A DNA stretch of 64,000 bases from Patellaria atrata CBS 101060 (Eukaryota). Below, in pieces: positions 63,084 to 64,000 of this stretch; position 1 is the stretch's first letter; each line of letters starts with the position of its first letter. The position numbers and the translations under genes were made by a program. The stretch lies in the NCBI GenBank assembly GCA_010093705.1, contig MU006089.1, positions 3,374,061 through 3,438,060 of the forward strand. Reading direction: 5' to 3'. A model generated the notes under the pieces. The model saw nothing but the letters and a program-made list of their open reading frames with translations, did not search any database and was not told the origin of the DNA.

Positions 63084-64000
63084 CTACCAGTAACCCCGAT
63101 GTTCTTGTTCAAGGTGGCCCGAACGACTTCCGCTATCGCGACGCGAACGCACAATAGCCGTCGTTGAATCAGGAGAATGAGAACGGTTCAAACTGCTCGT
63201 AGACTCTCTCCTCGGGTTATATGTTGAATGATGATTAGGGTAGTTCCAGAATTCCTCCATAAGCGACTGCTCGGGTGGCTCCATAGACCGTCTCCTCGAA
63301 TCACGAGTCGAATGACGGGGTGAAGTCTCCATAAGTTCCGAACTGAAATGTTGGGTCGATGAGTGAATCGAGGTGGGCGTCGAATCTCGGTTTGAGCGTT
63401 CGTCGGAAGGATGGGTCGGGGTTCGAGTGCTATTTCTTGTCGACTGTCTATCTCTACGACTGGACGAATCGCGGCTCGAAGTAGCGATCCCTACTTGAAG
63501 AATCCTCCAACCGGAGCCAGTCCCTCTACTACGACGAAGTGCTATAAGGACTCTCAGACTAGAGTATGTCTCTATGCTAAAAAGTGACAGGGGCCCTTCA
63601 AAGGACTGATCATCAGACTCGCGAACTTGCGATGTATCAGAAGACGTCTCACTACCCTGAAAAGGCCAACGTAGTTCTACAGGAGGCCTCTCTTGTAGAT
63701 GTAAATATGGTTCAGCGGTATTGCCGGTACCACTATAAACTGTACCAGTTGAAGAAGCGTCGGAAATGTCGGAATCCCTGCGCTGCGCCAGACACAAAAT
63801 GTAGGGGGGAACCATTTCTTCGATAGAAACAGCAGATCTCACATAGTCAGGAGGCGAGAAACTACCATTCGAAGAAATAGACGGAGCCCGTGGAATTCTA
63901 GGTCTATCTTGAGGAGGAGTTCTCGAGAAATTAACATTCGAATGAGGAGACGGAGACAGGGGAGCTCTAGGACGATATGAACGAGGTGTTCCCGGGAGAC
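63084..64000 (-). CDS. Hypothetical S/R-rich protein, 5' partial (runs off window)
   Basis: The frame of ORF 63084-63842 stays open to the window edge. It is low complexity with a PPDY motif. Confidence 0.55.
   Translation of the reverse strand, partial: LPGTPRSYRPRAPLSPSPHSNVNFSRTPPQDRPRIPRAPSISSNGSFSPPDYVRSAVSIEEMVPPYILCLAQRRDSDISDASSTGTVYSGTGNTAEPYLHLQERPPVELRWPFQGSETSSDTSQVRESDDQSFEGPLSLFSIETYSSLRVLIALRRSRGTGSGWRILQVGIATSSRDSSSRRDRQSTRNSTRTPTHPSDERSNRDSTPTSIHSSTQHFSSELMETSPRHSTRDSRRRSMEPPEQSLMEEFWNYPNHHSTYNPRRESTSSLNRSHSPDSTTAIVRSRRDSGSRSGHLEQEHRGYW

Overview
Gene-dense, intron-containing eukaryotic DNA from a filamentous ascomycete (Pezizomycotina-type GT..CTRAC..AG introns, mostly 50-100 nt). 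There are about 21 protein-coding genes. Recognisable housekeeping genes are an AUR1/PAP2-like membrane protein, an EBP sterol isomerase, ATG27, LSM7, RPL17 and NOP1/fibrillarin (divergent pair), a PPR protein, an LCAT-like hydrolase, an F-box protein, and C2H2 and Zn2Cys6-type regulators. An accessory-looking block at about 19.8-31.5 kb holds a multiply disrupted HET-domain gene, a decayed ORF, a vWA-domain gene and a six-intron AAA+ ATPase. The ATPase is head-to-head with a sensor-less NACHT-like gene whose Walker A is degenerate. That pair, in this context, is the best candidate for an uncharacterised system, possibly non-self recognition or cell death. I found no convincing rRNA, tRNA, CRISPR array or intact transposon. 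All family assignments come from motif recognition by eye, not database searches.
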